Part shown: piece by piece, positions 18,811 to 27,551 of the stretch
Position numbering within the stretch: the first letter of the stretch is position 1
Layout: each line of letters starts with the position of its first letter
Source of the DNA: Escherichia phage ime
Reading direction: 5' to 3' (one strand)
Length of the DNA stretch: 64,000 nucleotides
Sequence record: MN850576.1
Notes under the pieces: generated by a model
Told to the model about the DNA's origin: nothing
What the model saw: only the letters and a program-made list of their open reading frames with translations
Database searches by the model: none
Position numbers and translations under genes: made by a program

Positions 18811-19029
18811 CTATTTACTCACAACGGTGTCGAAAACAAATTTTTCTTTATTGTCTAAACTCACGTATCCGATTCGACCACGCAAGCCGCAAGTAGTGCC
18901 GTACTCGTAACCATTAAGGCCTTTAACCTTCCAATCCGTACCCATTAAAACCGCATTATATTCCTGACCAACTACAAAAGCGCCCCCAGTCGATTCAATG
19001 CAAACAACTTTAATTTTACGGGTTGTCAT
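18811..19029 (-). CDS. hypothetical protein
   Basis: ORF track. Confidence 0.45.
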   Translation of the reverse strand: MTTRKIKVVCIESTGGAFVVGQEYNAVLMGTDWKVKGLNGYEYGTTCGLRGRIGYVSLDNKEKFVFDTVVSK

Positions 19030-19089
19030 TTTCTTTCTCTCTTTGTGTGGTTCTGATTAGTGGACCTTTTGGCCCGTGTCATTATCTTA

Positions 19090-19362
19090 TTACTTGCGGC
19101 GGCAGAATTCAAGCGTTTTTAATTGATAATCTTCCTCAGCCTGGAGTACTACCGCCTCGATCATTTCGTTGGCATTGTTAAAGCCATAACCTTTAGCGAA
19201 CTCATCCGCGCCACCTTCGTGATCATGTTCTGCGTTCATCGCTTCCACAAAATGGAATTCCAAATTGTTGAGGTAGGGGCTTGATGTGCCGTCTTCTTTT
19301 TCGATGAGATCCCAAATAGCATTAAAACGTGATTCGACTTCTTGATTAATCCAGCTTGACAT
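19090..19362 (-). CDS. hypothetical acidic protein
   Basis: ORF track. Confidence 0.5.
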   Translation of the reverse strand: MSSWINQEVESRFNAIWDLIEKEDGTSSPYLNNLEFHFVEAMNAEHDHEGGADEFAKGYGFNNANEMIEAVVLQAEEDYQLKTLEFCRRK

Positions 19363-19391
19363 AGTGTTTTCCTCTCTCCTGGTTATTGTGT

Positions 19392-19405
19392 GGGCACTTT
19401 TGCCC
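19392..19405 (-). promoter_or_regulatory. GC-rich 5' UTR hairpin (GGGCA-CTTT-TGCCC)
   Basis: ~30 nt upstream of start at 19362. Confidence 0.4.
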
Positions 19406-19573
19406 CTTCAAGATAAATGTTACCCCACCCCATGGCAGATGTCAACGGTTTTTATAGTTCTTATATGACAGGCAGGCCCGGTGATTGTCTCCACCCGTCG
19501 CCAGGTGCCTGCCGTGAAACAAGTATAACAAAAAACAGGACCATTGCAAGCCCTGTTTTGTAGTTTATAAGGA

Positions 19574-19765
19574 TTATATTTTTTCGCCTATGTAGTCCGG
19601 TCGGTTTTTCTCTGTCATGCGCTTGAGCAATTCTTGCATGTTGCTTATGGCTTGCAGTGTATCCCCTTCCAGACTTGAATCAACATAATCAGGATCGTCT
19701 ATAACCTTTCTATGATTATGATAACGCAGTACCGCCAATACCTTTCTAACTTGTTCGATATTCAT
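19574..19765 (-). CDS. hypothetical protein
   Basis: ORF track. Confidence 0.4.
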   Translation of the reverse strand: MNIEQVRKVLAVLRYHNHRKVIDDPDYVDSSLEGDTLQAISNMQELLKRMTEKNRPDYIGEKI

Positions 19766-19777
19766 TTTTATCGCTCT

Positions 19778-19912
19778 TTAAAACAAGGTGCCAACCGTTC
19801 CCAATAGATCACTGACTACCAGGACAATACTGATCAGCACATACCTAACCATAAGGGGAAAGAGCGCCAGCGATCCAGCCACAATCCCCAAGGTGATGAT
19901 TATCTTTCTCAT
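19778..19912 (-). CDS. small hydrophobic protein (44 aa), below track cutoff
   Basis: ATG 2 nt after upstream stop; hand-translated, stop verified. Confidence 0.3.
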   Translation of the reverse strand: MRKIIITLGIVAGSLALFPLMVRYVLISIVLVVSDLLGTVGTLF

Positions 19913-19914
19913 GG

Positions 19915-20199
19915 TTAACGGTTTACGTAAGCTTTACCGTTTACGGTGATGGGCAGGTCTTCCAGGTCTGGATCTTCCTTAAGGTCGCGAGCAAGCTCAC
20001 CGCACCGGATACCCTCGAATCCGTAGTACTCTGTTGTGCCGTCATTAAAAGTTTTAGCGGCAAGGCATAAGCGATAAGTAACCCCGATTTGATTGACGGC
20101 ATGGATATCCGTTAGATTAACCTCTTTTGCCAGCTCTTTAGCCATTACAGGCGCATTAAGTCCAACAACCAGGGCAACTACTGCGATCATCTTTTTCAT
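19915..20199 (-). CDS. secreted/periplasmic small protein (signal peptide)
   Basis: MKKMIAVVALVVGLNAPVMA N-terminus. Confidence 0.5.
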   Translation of the reverse strand: MKKMIAVVALVVGLNAPVMAKELAKEVNLTDIHAVNQIGVTYRLCLAAKTFNDGTTEYYGFEGIRCGELARDLKEDPDLEDLPITVNGKAYVNR

Positions 20200-20290
20200 T
20201 GTGTCTAGCCTCTTTCTGCTACGTTTAAGGCGGCGGTAACCGCCTGTTTATGATTTATTGGTTAATTTTCAGGTATCGCTATAAATTAAA

Positions 20291-20515
20291 CTATGCTGTA
20301 CGCTCAACTATAACAACGGTTTGAGGGATCTCACCTTCTACCACTATCAAGGCCTTTTTCTGCGTGATGGATATCTTTACCCGTTGCAGCGTGGCGGTGA
20401 AGTCTTTCATTTCGTCACGTGGTGTTTTAGTGCAATGCCAGATCTCAGGCTTACCTATTTGCAAGCCGCGTAAAAATTCTGTTTTACCTGTCTTATTCGT
20501 GATCATTTGATTCAC
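20291..20515 (-). CDS. hypothetical protein
   Basis: ORF track. Confidence 0.45.
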   Translation of the reverse strand: MNQMITNKTGKTEFLRGLQIGKPEIWHCTKTPRDEMKDFTATLQRVKISITQKKALIVVEGEIPQTVVIVERTA

Positions 20516-20516
20516 C

Positions 20517-20720
20517 TTAACCGATACCGTGGGAAGATAGGATCATGTTAGCCATAGTTGCAACCACTCCAACCGATAATGCCAGGCCAACTACTACAAC
20601 CGTGAAAATTTTCTCTAACATGATTCTACCCTCATTAATGGGCGTTGCCTTATTGCCCCGCCCTACGAAATACAGTCTATCAAGTAATAAACTATTGTCA
20701 AGATTTATTTTACTTCCCAA
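20517..20720 (-). CDS. small membrane protein
   Basis: ORF track; hydrophobic C-terminus. Confidence 0.4.
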   Translation of the reverse strand: MGSKINLDNSLLLDRLYFVGRGNKATPINEGRIMLEKIFTVVVVGLALSVGVVATMANMILSSHGIG

Positions 20721-20842
20721 ACGGAAAATTCACTACCTGGCGGAATCATCTTTTTAATCTTGTTTGCTGCTGCTACCAGATCCACGGCTTGTACTGTAAT
20801 AATATAACCAATTGTCGAGGCTGTTGCGTTGAAAGTTTTCAT
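20705..20842 (-). CDS. small protein (45 aa), below track cutoff
   Basis: ATG with GAGGGTAA RBS; hand-translated, stop verified. Confidence 0.3.
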   Translation of the reverse strand: MKTFNATASTIGYIITVQAVDLVAAANKIKKMIPPGSEFSVWEVK

Positions 20843-20861
20843 TAAATTACCCTCATTAATG

Positions 20862-20878
20862 GCGGGAAGTATTCCCGC
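20862..20878 (-). promoter_or_regulatory. 5' UTR hairpin (GCGGGAA-GTA-TTCCCGC)
   Basis: Perfect palindrome between candidate promoter (~20891-20919) and start at 20842. Confidence 0.45.
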
Positions 20879-20924
20879 GCTATGTAGTACACTTTACCAG
20901 ATTGTTGACTGTTGTCAAACTATT

Positions 20925-21104
20925 TTAACGATAATCATCATATGCTTTATTGACCTGGCGAATATAACATTCAAAAGCTAAATCAATAGATTTATATTCA
21001 CGGATATATTCACCATAGGAAACCACATACATTTCTATAGCTTCCTCATATGCGAGGAGAATAGAATCTAAGCCTACGATCTCAGTCTTTGCAATAATAG
21101 CCAT
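20925..21104 (-). CDS. hypothetical small protein (59 aa)
   Basis: ATG with AAAGAGGATAAAAATC upstream; hand-translated, stop verified. Confidence 0.4.
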   Translation of the reverse strand: MAIIAKTEIVGLDSILLAYEEAIEMYVVSYGEYIREYKSIDLAFECYIRQVNKAYDDYR

Positions 21105-21129
21105 GATTTTTATCCTCTTTGTGGTTGGT

Positions 21130-21144
21130 GGGGCTTGTTGCCCC
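21130..21144 (-). promoter_or_regulatory. 5' UTR hairpin (GGGGC-TTGTT-GCCCC)
   Basis: ~25 nt upstream of start at 21104. Confidence 0.45.
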
Positions 21145-21179
21145 CTTTGATTTATATTCTACAGTCTTATAAGGTCATG

Positions 21180-21389
21180 TCAACTATTTTCAAAAAATTT
21201 TTCTGCTGTAATATTTTTCCCGGTAGGGTTCGCTACTTTCAAAATTTTATCATGCACTGGACGCCCAAAAGAATAATCGCCGTCAGGCTGTACTATTACA
21301 GCCGCATAGGGTACGCCTTTTTCGTTTTTGCTGACAAAATAGATCACGTTGCCATTAATAGCCTCGGCGCGTTTAATTTGTTCCATCAT
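21180..21389 (-). CDS. hypothetical protein
   Basis: ORF track; AAGAGAGG RBS. Confidence 0.45.
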   Translation of the reverse strand: MMEQIKRAEAINGNVIYFVSKNEKGVPYAAVIVQPDGDYSFGRPVHDKILKVANPTGKNITAEKFFENS

Positions 21390-21421
21390 GATGATTTGCC
21401 TCTCTTTATTTTCATAATTGG

Positions 21422-21438
21422 GGGGCCTTTTCGGCCCC
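21422..21438 (-). promoter_or_regulatory. 5' UTR hairpin (GGGGCC-TTTTC-GGCCCC), followed by GCCCCGCCAGGTT motif
   Basis: ~33 nt upstream of start at 21389. Confidence 0.45.
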
Positions 21439-21445
21439 GCCAGGT

Positions 21446-21730
21446 TTATTTATTGATAGCGTGCAGCGGGAAAGGTACGCCAGGTTGATAGATAACTTTT
21501 ACAACCTCATCAGAGCAAAAGAAATTACAAAATTCACCCTGGTAAGCCTCATCCTCTTTTAATTCTTCATCAACATACTGGAAAAAGTAGTCAATGCTTG
21601 GATAATCCTGACCGGGATTATATTCAACCATGGTTAATAACAATTCTTGATCATTCCGTATGATATGCATACCAGCTTTTAAGTATTTGGCTTCCATTTC
21701 TACTACATCGCCAACGGTAACAATAGCCAT
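21446..21730 (-). CDS. hypothetical protein
   Basis: ORF track. Confidence 0.5.
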   Translation of the reverse strand: MAIVTVGDVVEMEAKYLKAGMHIIRNDQELLLTMVEYNPGQDYPSIDYFFQYVDEELKEDEAYQGEFCNFFCSDEVVKVIYQPGVPFPLHAINK

Positions 21731-21939
21731 GGTTTTAACTCCTATCTATCCGGTTAATGATTGGAGGCCTCACCGCCCCCCCCCGACACCCTTTATTATC
21801 CATATTGTAGGACTTGATGCAAGTACTTCTTTAAAAATTTTTTAAGCGCCTTGGGGGCCGCTGTAACGCCAAAATAATAAAGGCTATGCAACCGCATAGC
21901 CTTTATGTGATTATATCGCTGCAGGCCCTGCCAGGGGCC

Positions 21940-22290
21940 TTATTTTGCATTCTTTCCTATATTGCCGCTACGGTACCAGCGTTTACGGTGAAAATGGTAA
22001 TAATCACCATCGGCATTAAACATCAGATGATTTTCAATAACCAGCTTACGAAGGTGGGCCGGATCTTGTTCCATTCTTGCCAGATTCTGGCGGCTGTTAC
22101 GTAAGCGGATAAATTCTATATTCAGGCCGTTGATTGCAGCATGGATGTCAAAGTAACCACCTTTGAGACGTTCACGCATGGCGTTAAGCTCAACACAATA
22201 TACAGATTTCTCACAAATCAAGGTATTAGCCAGGGCGCGGACCTGGGCAAGGGGGTTAAGCTCATTAAGGTAATATAGTTTTACTTTCAT
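21940..22290 (-). CDS. hypothetical protein
   Basis: ORF track. Confidence 0.5.
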   Translation of the reverse strand: MKVKLYYLNELNPLAQVRALANTLICEKSVYCVELNAMRERLKGGYFDIHAAINGLNIEFIRLRNSRQNLARMEQDPAHLRKLVIENHLMFNADGDYYHFHRKRWYRSGNIGKNAK

Positions 22291-22307
22291 AAAATCACCT
22301 GCTGAAA

Positions 22308-22628
22308 TTAGTTTGAGAAAACATCGTTCACAATAGCGATCACAATGCCGCCCACCTTGTCACGGTCAACAATGCACAAATCACCATAAATCATGTGGTA
22401 GTCTGGATGATCTTTGACGGAATAGTCGATAAGTGTTTTCTTGTCATCCAGCTTACTAACTTCCATTCTCATAACGATATGAGAATCATCAAAGGCATTA
22501 TTCCGAAAAGTCATAACCTGACCGCCAGGGCACCCGGTGATTTCCACCTCCACGCCGTCTACGATCTGACCATCAAAGAAATAAAGATTATTAGCCTGGA
22601 TAAACATGATCATTACTCCTTTTTGCAC
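22308..22628 (-). CDS. hypothetical protein
   Basis: ORF track; start may be an internal Met. Confidence 0.5.
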   Translation of the reverse strand: MQKGVMIMFIQANNLYFFDGQIVDGVEVEITGCPGGQVMTFRNNAFDDSHIVMRMEVSKLDDKKTLIDYSVKDHPDYHMIYGDLCIVDRDKVGGIVIAIVNDVFSN

Positions 22629-22651
22629 TGATTATTTTAACAGGGTTTAAA

Positions 22652-22696
22652 TTTACTTTATTGATGGCCCTGGAGTCAAGGCCATCTAAAAATAAA
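22652..22696 (-). promoter_or_regulatory. 45-bp repeat copy 1: candidate promoter with palindromic operator over -35
   Basis: Identical to 26367-26411; contains GATGGCC-N10-GGCCATC with TTGACT on the minus strand. Confidence 0.45.
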
Positions 22697-22698
22697 TT

Positions 22699-22899
22699 TT
22701 ACAGGCCTACAATCTCTTTAATTCGTTTTACTGCTGCCTCAGCGCCTTGAGGGTAAAAATTATGGTAACCAATCACGCGAGTGATACTAATCGCCGTTTG
22801 ATGATCTTCATAATCACCTTTAAAGATTTCTTGACCGTCAATCAGCACGGCAATTTTTTCTTCTTTTTTGAAGTTAATAACGCGGATATTGTTGCTCAT
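22699..22899 (-). CDS. hypothetical protein
   Basis: ORF track. Confidence 0.45.
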   Translation of the reverse strand: MSNNIRVINFKKEEKIAVLIDGQEIFKGDYEDHQTAISITRVIGYHNFYPQGAEAAVKRIKEIVGL

Positions 22900-22933
22900 T
22901 TTGTTTCTCCTTTTGGAACTTTGTCTATGCGGT

Positions 22934-22948
22934 GGGGAGTGTCTCCCC
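22934..22948 (-). promoter_or_regulatory. 5' UTR hairpin (GGGGAG-TGT-CTCCCC)
   Basis: ~35 nt upstream of start at 22899. Confidence 0.45.
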
Positions 22949-22995
22949 GTTGATTGTTATTATCCATATTCTGGATCGGATTGCAACACTCAGGG

Positions 22996-23036
22996 AGAAA
23001 AAAATTTGAAAAGTTAGGCCCCCATGATCGGGGGCC
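22996..23036 (-). terminator. rho-independent terminator (minus strand)
   Basis: GGCCCCC-N6-GGGGGCC hairpin followed on minus strand by TTTTTTTCTC. Confidence 0.5.
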
Positions 23037-23040
23037 GTTC

Positions 23041-23160
23041 TTAGTTACTTACAGCGATAAAGTACATCCCTACGCCTAGCAATATTTCAAGGGCGATAAT
23101 CTCAAGCCATACCATAACGCGGCGCACCTTATCGGTGCATGGCTTATCCTTGGTTGTCAT
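23041..23160 (-). CDS. small protein (39 aa) with hydrophobic C-terminus, below track cutoff
   Basis: ATG with GGAAAGGGGGAGACG RBS; hand-translated. Confidence 0.3.
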   Translation of the reverse strand: MTTKDKPCTDKVRRVMVWLEIIALEILLGVGMYFIAVSN

Positions 23161-23269
23161 CGTCTCCCCCTTTCCTTCTGGTAGTAGTGACGCGATCTAC
23201 AATGGCCCCCAGGAGTCCTATCACGACACACACCACAAGAAAAATTATCTCCGCTGTTGTTCGATCCAT
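23144..23269 (-). CDS. small membrane peptide
   Basis: Internal ATG of track ORF 23144..23329 with GAGGA RBS. Confidence 0.3.
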   Translation of the reverse strand: MDRTTAEIIFLVVCVVIGLLGAIVDRVTTTRRKGGDDDNQG

Positions 23270-23379
23270 TGTTATAAAATTCCTCAAGATCAGGCCTGAA
23301 AATAAAGCGTTCGTTATTGAATCCGTCACGCCAGGCGGCTGGCTTCAAATCTCCACTAAAGGGATTAATTAACGTGGCA

Positions 23380-23751
23380 TTATTTAAACGGTTGGCCCAC
23401 ATATTTTCTATTCCTCTCAAATAGGCGATCCGCCTCAGTTAAACAAATCTCATGGGCGTGATCTCTGGTTTTAGCTTCATCGAAAACCTGTTGTGCAAGG
23501 CTGCAACGTAGGGAGACTGGAAGATCACTATAATAGGCGTTGACAAACGTTTGAGCGTCGTACAGGTCTGAAAATACTTTACCCTTTCTATTATTCCCCT
23601 TGTCAACAATTGCAAGGATAACCAATACAATAGTTGCAACCACCCCCAGGAAAATAGATATAATAAACCATAAAAAGGCGGATCTTCCCATCTTGCCAGC
23701 GATCCAGGCGTTAAACAAGGCAACCAATACAGCCAAAATAATAAATTCCAT
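23380..23751 (-). CDS. membrane protein
   Basis: ATG 23751 with AAAAGAGG RBS; two predicted TM segments. Confidence 0.5.
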   Translation of the reverse strand: MEFIILAVLVALFNAWIAGKMGRSAFLWFIISIFLGVVATIVLVILAIVDKGNNRKGKVFSDLYDAQTFVNAYYSDLPVSLRCSLAQQVFDEAKTRDHAHEICLTEADRLFERNRKYVGQPFK

Positions 23752-23815
23752 TCTATGTACCTCTTTTACAGTTCTGATTAACAATAAGGCGGCAAATATG
23801 CCGCCTGCTACCTGA

Positions 23816-24196
23816 TTAAAAATTATCGCCGTAAATCTTTCCGCTTTCTACCCATACCACCACGCGAGGCATACTATCCCACACGTCTTGTTTTAGATTG
23901 AGCGCGTGCAATTCTTCGGTGGTGCTCATACCGGGCACGGGCTGATTGTATACTGCAAAACGACCGCCTGCATAATCATAGGCCAGGGTTAAATCACACT
24001 GGATCATCTTTTTGATCATGGCATTAAGCATGGCGTTAGCCGCATATTGATCACGTTTTAAAGGCAACTCTTTGATTAGTTTGCGATAGTTTTCGATATG
24101 GTCGCACACTGTTTCACGAGGAAGATCTTTCATATCTTCACGGAATGTAACCAGGTTAAACATAACGGTGTCAATAGCCTTGGTAGTGTTTTTCAT
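23816..24196 (-). CDS. hypothetical protein
   Basis: ORF track; AGAGGATAA RBS. Confidence 0.5.
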   Translation of the reverse strand: MKNTTKAIDTVMFNLVTFREDMKDLPRETVCDHIENYRKLIKELPLKRDQYAANAMLNAMIKKMIQCDLTLAYDYAGGRFAVYNQPVPGMSTTEELHALNLKQDVWDSMPRVVVWVESGKIYGDNF

Positions 24197-24221
24197 GATG
24201 TTATCCTCTTTGTTTTGTGTT

Positions 24222-24240
24222 GGGGCAAACGTCTTGCCCC
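24222..24240 (-). promoter_or_regulatory. 5' UTR hairpin (GGGGCAA-ACGTC-TTGCCCC)
   Basis: ~25 nt upstream of start at 24196. Confidence 0.45.
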
Positions 24241-24286
24241 CTTGAGTTTTAATATAGCAGGTTTTTAGGTTATTGCAACACTTTAT

Positions 24287-24910
24287 TTATGAAAAAGTCA
24301 TCTCACCATATTCATCGACATCAAACCGCCAATCATTGGCCTCGATAAGGCCGATCAGGTTTTCTGCGGTGAACTGTTCTAGATAGGCCTCCTCCAGGTC
24401 TACGTAAACCTTGCGGGATAGCTCCCGTACCGTCTCGGTGATCAGTTCTTCCAGGTCTTCCACTTTGTTTTCTTGTTTGGCGGTCAGATCTAGCCAAGTG
24501 GTATCAATGTACCCGCTTACAGTGTTTTCATGGCTGTAATGGCTGTACTTGTCGCGTTCAACACTGGCTGATAACTCGCCATCGTGCATTGTGCCGAACA
24601 AGTGACGAATTGATCGGAACTTGGTCAGGGCCTTTACTTTACGCAAAAATTTTTCTAAATCCACGTTTTCAGCACTGATTGACGCGCCGTCACCCTGGCA
24701 CCAAAAGCCTGACCAATGTACTTCGGTATCTTCAAGGCCATACTCTGGAAAAACATATTCTTTATAGTATTCAATTACACTTTCTGCAAAAAAGTTATCC
24801 CCGCTGTGTTCTTCTCTTTCGCGGACCATTTCAACGGCTTTTTCTTTTTGTTCGTCGGTCAGCACGTCGAAAGATAAATTGTAACCTGCGGTAATGTTAA
24901 CGGTGGTCAT
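24287..24910 (-). CDS. hypothetical protein (207 aa)
   Basis: ORF track; RBS AGGAGAAAA. Confidence 0.55.
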   Translation of the reverse strand: MTTVNITAGYNLSFDVLTDEQKEKAVEMVREREEHSGDNFFAESVIEYYKEYVFPEYGLEDTEVHWSGFWCQGDGASISAENVDLEKFLRKVKALTKFRSIRHLFGTMHDGELSASVERDKYSHYSHENTVSGYIDTTWLDLTAKQENKVEDLEELITETVRELSRKVYVDLEEAYLEQFTAENLIGLIEANDWRFDVDEYGEMTFS

Positions 24911-24938
24911 GATATTTTCTCCTATTTTCTTTGTTAGT

Positions 24939-24957
24939 GGCGGGAAGTTTTCCCGCC
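24939..24957 (-). promoter_or_regulatory. 5' UTR hairpin (GGCGGGAA-GTT-TTCCCGCC)
   Basis: Perfect 8-bp-arm palindrome between candidate promoter (-35 at 24990-24995) and start at 24910. Confidence 0.5.
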
Positions 24958-24984
24958 TGTGTGTTTAAGTATACTTATTGAGGC

Positions 24985-25245
24985 TTACTTGTCAACACTA
25001 TTTTTTAAATTATTGTGGCGCAAAATGTTTAAAATCTCCTCAACGTCATCAACACGGCGGCAATTTTTAAACGCTACCAATTGCCCCATGATTTTAATCA
25101 CTGGGCGGCCTTGCCAGTGCCCCTGAAGAAAGCGCGCCCTGACTTTATCGGTGGAACTATCACGCCACCAAATAGCCTTGTTGTTGCAGTAGTAAAAATT
25201 ATTCAGGATAACATCAACTTTATCAAAATTTTTTAATTTACGCAT
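24985..25245 (-). CDS. hypothetical protein
   Basis: ORF track. Confidence 0.45.
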   Translation of the reverse strand: MRKLKNFDKVDVILNNFYYCNNKAIWWRDSSTDKVRARFLQGHWQGRPVIKIMGQLVAFKNCRRVDDVEEILNILRHNNLKNSVDK

Positions 25246-25435
25246 GGCGTTTACTCCTTTCTCTCTTTGATGTGGTTAGTATAGCTAACCTGTTGACGAT
25301 GTCAATGATATTTTTAACGCCATGAAACGGCCCTGGGCGATGTTTTCAGGTTAAGGGGGGCGATTGCATAGGTGGGGGCCTTTTTGGCGCTTACAGGGCC
25401 AACCAGGGGCGCTATTCGTAGGATAGAAATAAAAA

Positions 25436-25455
25436 GCCCCGCACAATGGCGGGGC
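25436..25455 (-). terminator. rho-independent terminator (possibly bidirectional)
   Basis: GCCCCGC-ACAATG-GCGGGGC flanked by A-run and T-run. Confidence 0.5.
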
Positions 25456-25463
25456 GTTGGTTG

Positions 25464-25661
25464 TTATTTGTCTTTATGGCGGTATCGTTCTGCCTGTCGT
25501 TCACGTTCCAAAAGTAGGCCGGGCAATTTACGATCATAATGATTACGCCAGATCTTCCCAAACCTTTTTGGCTTATTCAGTTTATTGTTACGCTGGCGGC
25601 GTTCTGGCAGCTCTTCGGAATCATGAGGGCGCTTTACAATTTTCTCGAAATTAATTTTCAT
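25464..25661 (-). CDS. small highly basic protein
   Basis: ATG 25661 with AAGGGGGG RBS; K/R-rich. Confidence 0.45.
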   Translation of the reverse strand: MKINFEKIVKRPHDSEELPERRQRNNKLNKPKRFGKIWRNHYDRKLPGLLLERERQAERYRHKDK

Positions 25662-26004
25662 ATATTCCCCCCTTGCTAACTTCAATATTGGCCTGAATAG
25701 CCCGGATACGGCGCTTTATAACTTCCTGATCTGTGTGGTCGTATCCCCAAAAGTCTACAATTTTTGCGCCCCCCGCCTTCAGGCGGTATAGTGTTTCCTG
25801 CATTTTGTAAGCCGGGATCGGTCGCGGTGTTACTTGGTCACCTTCTTTATTTTTATACTTTATAATATAATCTTCGTTATCGTTGAATGCCCAAAATGGA
25901 TATTCTGCAAGGGCGGTACTTCCTCTTTCCTTTTTATCCTGGATCTTATTTACAATTAAAGCCGTAGCAATAGCGCCAATAATAAAACTTGCCCCGCTGA
26001 TCAT
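25651..26004 (-). CDS. membrane-anchored protein
   Basis: ORF track; N-terminal TM. Confidence 0.5.
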   Translation of the reverse strand: MISGASFIIGAIATALIVNKIQDKKERGSTALAEYPFWAFNDNEDYIIKYKNKEGDQVTPRPIPAYKMQETLYRLKAGGAKIVDFWGYDHTDQEVIKRRIRAIQANIEVSKGGIYEN

Positions 26005-26077
26005 GTACTTTCTCCTTTCATGGTGTTAATAAATTATCTTTATAGATGGCCCTGCAACCAGGACCACCGAAAAATAA

Positions 26078-26323
26078 CTATTTCACAATGCCTACAAAAC
26101 AGATCCCGCCTTCACCTATATAAGCAATATCGGTCACTTTATAACTTGTCAAGATCTGCTTATTTAGTTCATTAATAAAATCGGTCATTGCGTTGGTGTA
26201 GTTGTCTTCCGTGTCTAAGGCATAATCCCAGGTGTACACCTTTTTACGTCCGAAGCCTTTTACCATGATACGGGCGCTTTTGGTGTTGGTAGGGGCATAA
26301 TATTTGGTGATTAGTGCTGCCAT
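26078..26323 (-). CDS. hypothetical protein
   Basis: ORF track. Confidence 0.45.
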   Translation of the reverse strand: MAALITKYYAPTNTKSARIMVKGFGRKKVYTWDYALDTEDNYTNAMTDFINELNKQILTSYKVTDIAYIGEGGICFVGIVK

Positions 26324-26366
26324 GGTTTTAACTCCTATGCATTAGTTCAGTGTTAACAGTATAAAG

Positions 26367-26411
26367 TTTACTTTATTGATGGCCCTGGAGTCAAGGCCAT
26401 CTAAAAATAAA
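26367..26411 (-). promoter_or_regulatory. 45-bp repeat copy 2: candidate promoter with palindromic operator
   Basis: Identical to 22652-22696. Confidence 0.45.
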
Positions 26412-26412
26412 C

Positions 26413-26808
26413 TCAATAAGTTTTTAGTACTTTCCCGTCCAATCTGTCAAGCTGGATCTCGATAGCTGCAGAAAACCTATTGTAAACCACATCGCCCAGG
26501 GAGTCCAGCCAATCTATGACGTTATATACCTGCTCTTTATTCTTGCAAGTCCGGATCCGTTTCATTACGTAAGACGGATCAATATTAGCGCTCTCGTTGT
26601 TGTGGTCCTGCGCCTGGCCTGCTGCGCTAGTTATAGATTTTACAACCACCTGAAAGGGCTTTAAGGTGCCTTTTGCGTTCATCTCACGCGCTTTTGCGGC
26701 GCGGTTGTTATATGTTACACAACGGCGGCAAATGTTGACCAAATGCATATCAATAATTTTTTCATCGTTTGCCAGTTCGTTCATGATGCGGCGTACGTTC
26801 TTATTCAT
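26413..26808 (-). CDS. hypothetical protein
   Basis: ORF track. Confidence 0.5.
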   Translation of the reverse strand: MNKNVRRIMNELANDEKIIDMHLVNICRRCVTYNNRAAKAREMNAKGTLKPFQVVVKSITSAAGQAQDHNNESANIDPSYVMKRIRTCKNKEQVYNVIDWLDSLGDVVYNRFSAAIEIQLDRLDGKVLKTY

Positions 26809-26827
26809 GATCTTTTTCCTTTGTGCT

Positions 26828-26846
26828 GGCGGGAAACATTCCCGCC
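26828..26846 (-). promoter_or_regulatory. 5' UTR hairpin (GGCGGGAA-ACA-TTCCCGCC)
   Basis: Same arms as 24939-24957; ~20 nt upstream of start at 26808. Confidence 0.5.
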
Positions 26847-26890
26847 TTTTGTGTCTAGTTTACTTAAATTTTGCAGCGTGTCAATGATTT

Positions 26891-27289
26891 TTATTCGTGG
26901 GCGCATGTTACAATGTGTTTTTTATAGCCCAGGTGGTCAGCAAGTGCCGACAAAAACTCTTCTTCGTAGATCCAGCCGTCGGCAGTGATCCCCATAGCAT
27001 TTAATGCGCTCTCAAGTGCTGCGTTAGCTTTATCGTAACCGTGACCGCTCGCCTTGCCGCCAGTATAACCGTACTTATTGTTCTTGTTGTCGTGAATCCA
27101 AAACACGCAGTAGTGAGTGTTCCCGCTGGCGGCGGCATAATACCGGATCTCAGCTACTTCGTGCAAATTATTGTCATCGTCCAGGCCCACCAGATTATAA
27201 GCCTTGTAAAATCCACGATCACGGCGGCAGTTCTTGACATCAGAAAAAGAAAAGTCCGCATTATCAAAATTAAAGGTGGTGGTTTTCAT
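26891..27289 (-). CDS. hypothetical protein
   Basis: ORF track. Confidence 0.5.
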   Translation of the reverse strand: MKTTTFNFDNADFSFSDVKNCRRDRGFYKAYNLVGLDDDNNLHEVAEIRYYAAASGNTHYCVFWIHDNKNNKYGYTGGKASGHGYDKANAALESALNAMGITADGWIYEEEFLSALADHLGYKKHIVTCAHE

Positions 27290-27353
27290 GATTTTATCCT
27301 CTTAGTGTCTTTTGTGCTTTTAGTGTATTTGGTGTCGGACTATATGTCAATAC

Positions 27354-27551
27354 TTATTTTTTATTAAACCAGTGGTTGATCTGTCCTTTTGTCAGGGCGC
27401 AACGATTAAGCTGTTGCCGGGTATAGCTCTGACCGCGACGGAATTTATAAAGGCCTTGCCCGTTGTTGATGGTTACGTCCACCTGGCAAACCATTTGATC
27501 GGTGACCACCTGGCGAGTGTTGCGACGTACTTTGATCCCGTATGCGTTCAT
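27354..27551 (-). CDS. small basic protein
   Basis: ATG 27551 with AAAGAGGATAA RBS. Confidence 0.45.
   Translation of the reverse strand: MNAYGIKVRRNTRQVVTDQMVCQVDVTINNGQGLYKFRRGQSYTRQQLNRCALTKGQINHWFNKK

Noticed and set aside
23157-23420. Track ORF 23157..23420(-) of 87 aa
   Set aside because: Overlaps two better-supported small ORFs with strong RBSs in other frames; likely spurious.
18434-26846. Intergenic GC-rich hairpins as intrinsic terminators
   Set aside because: Most lack a U-tract on the coding (minus) strand and sit just 5' of start codons; only those with flanking T-runs (17860, 22996, 25436, 51320) were called terminators.
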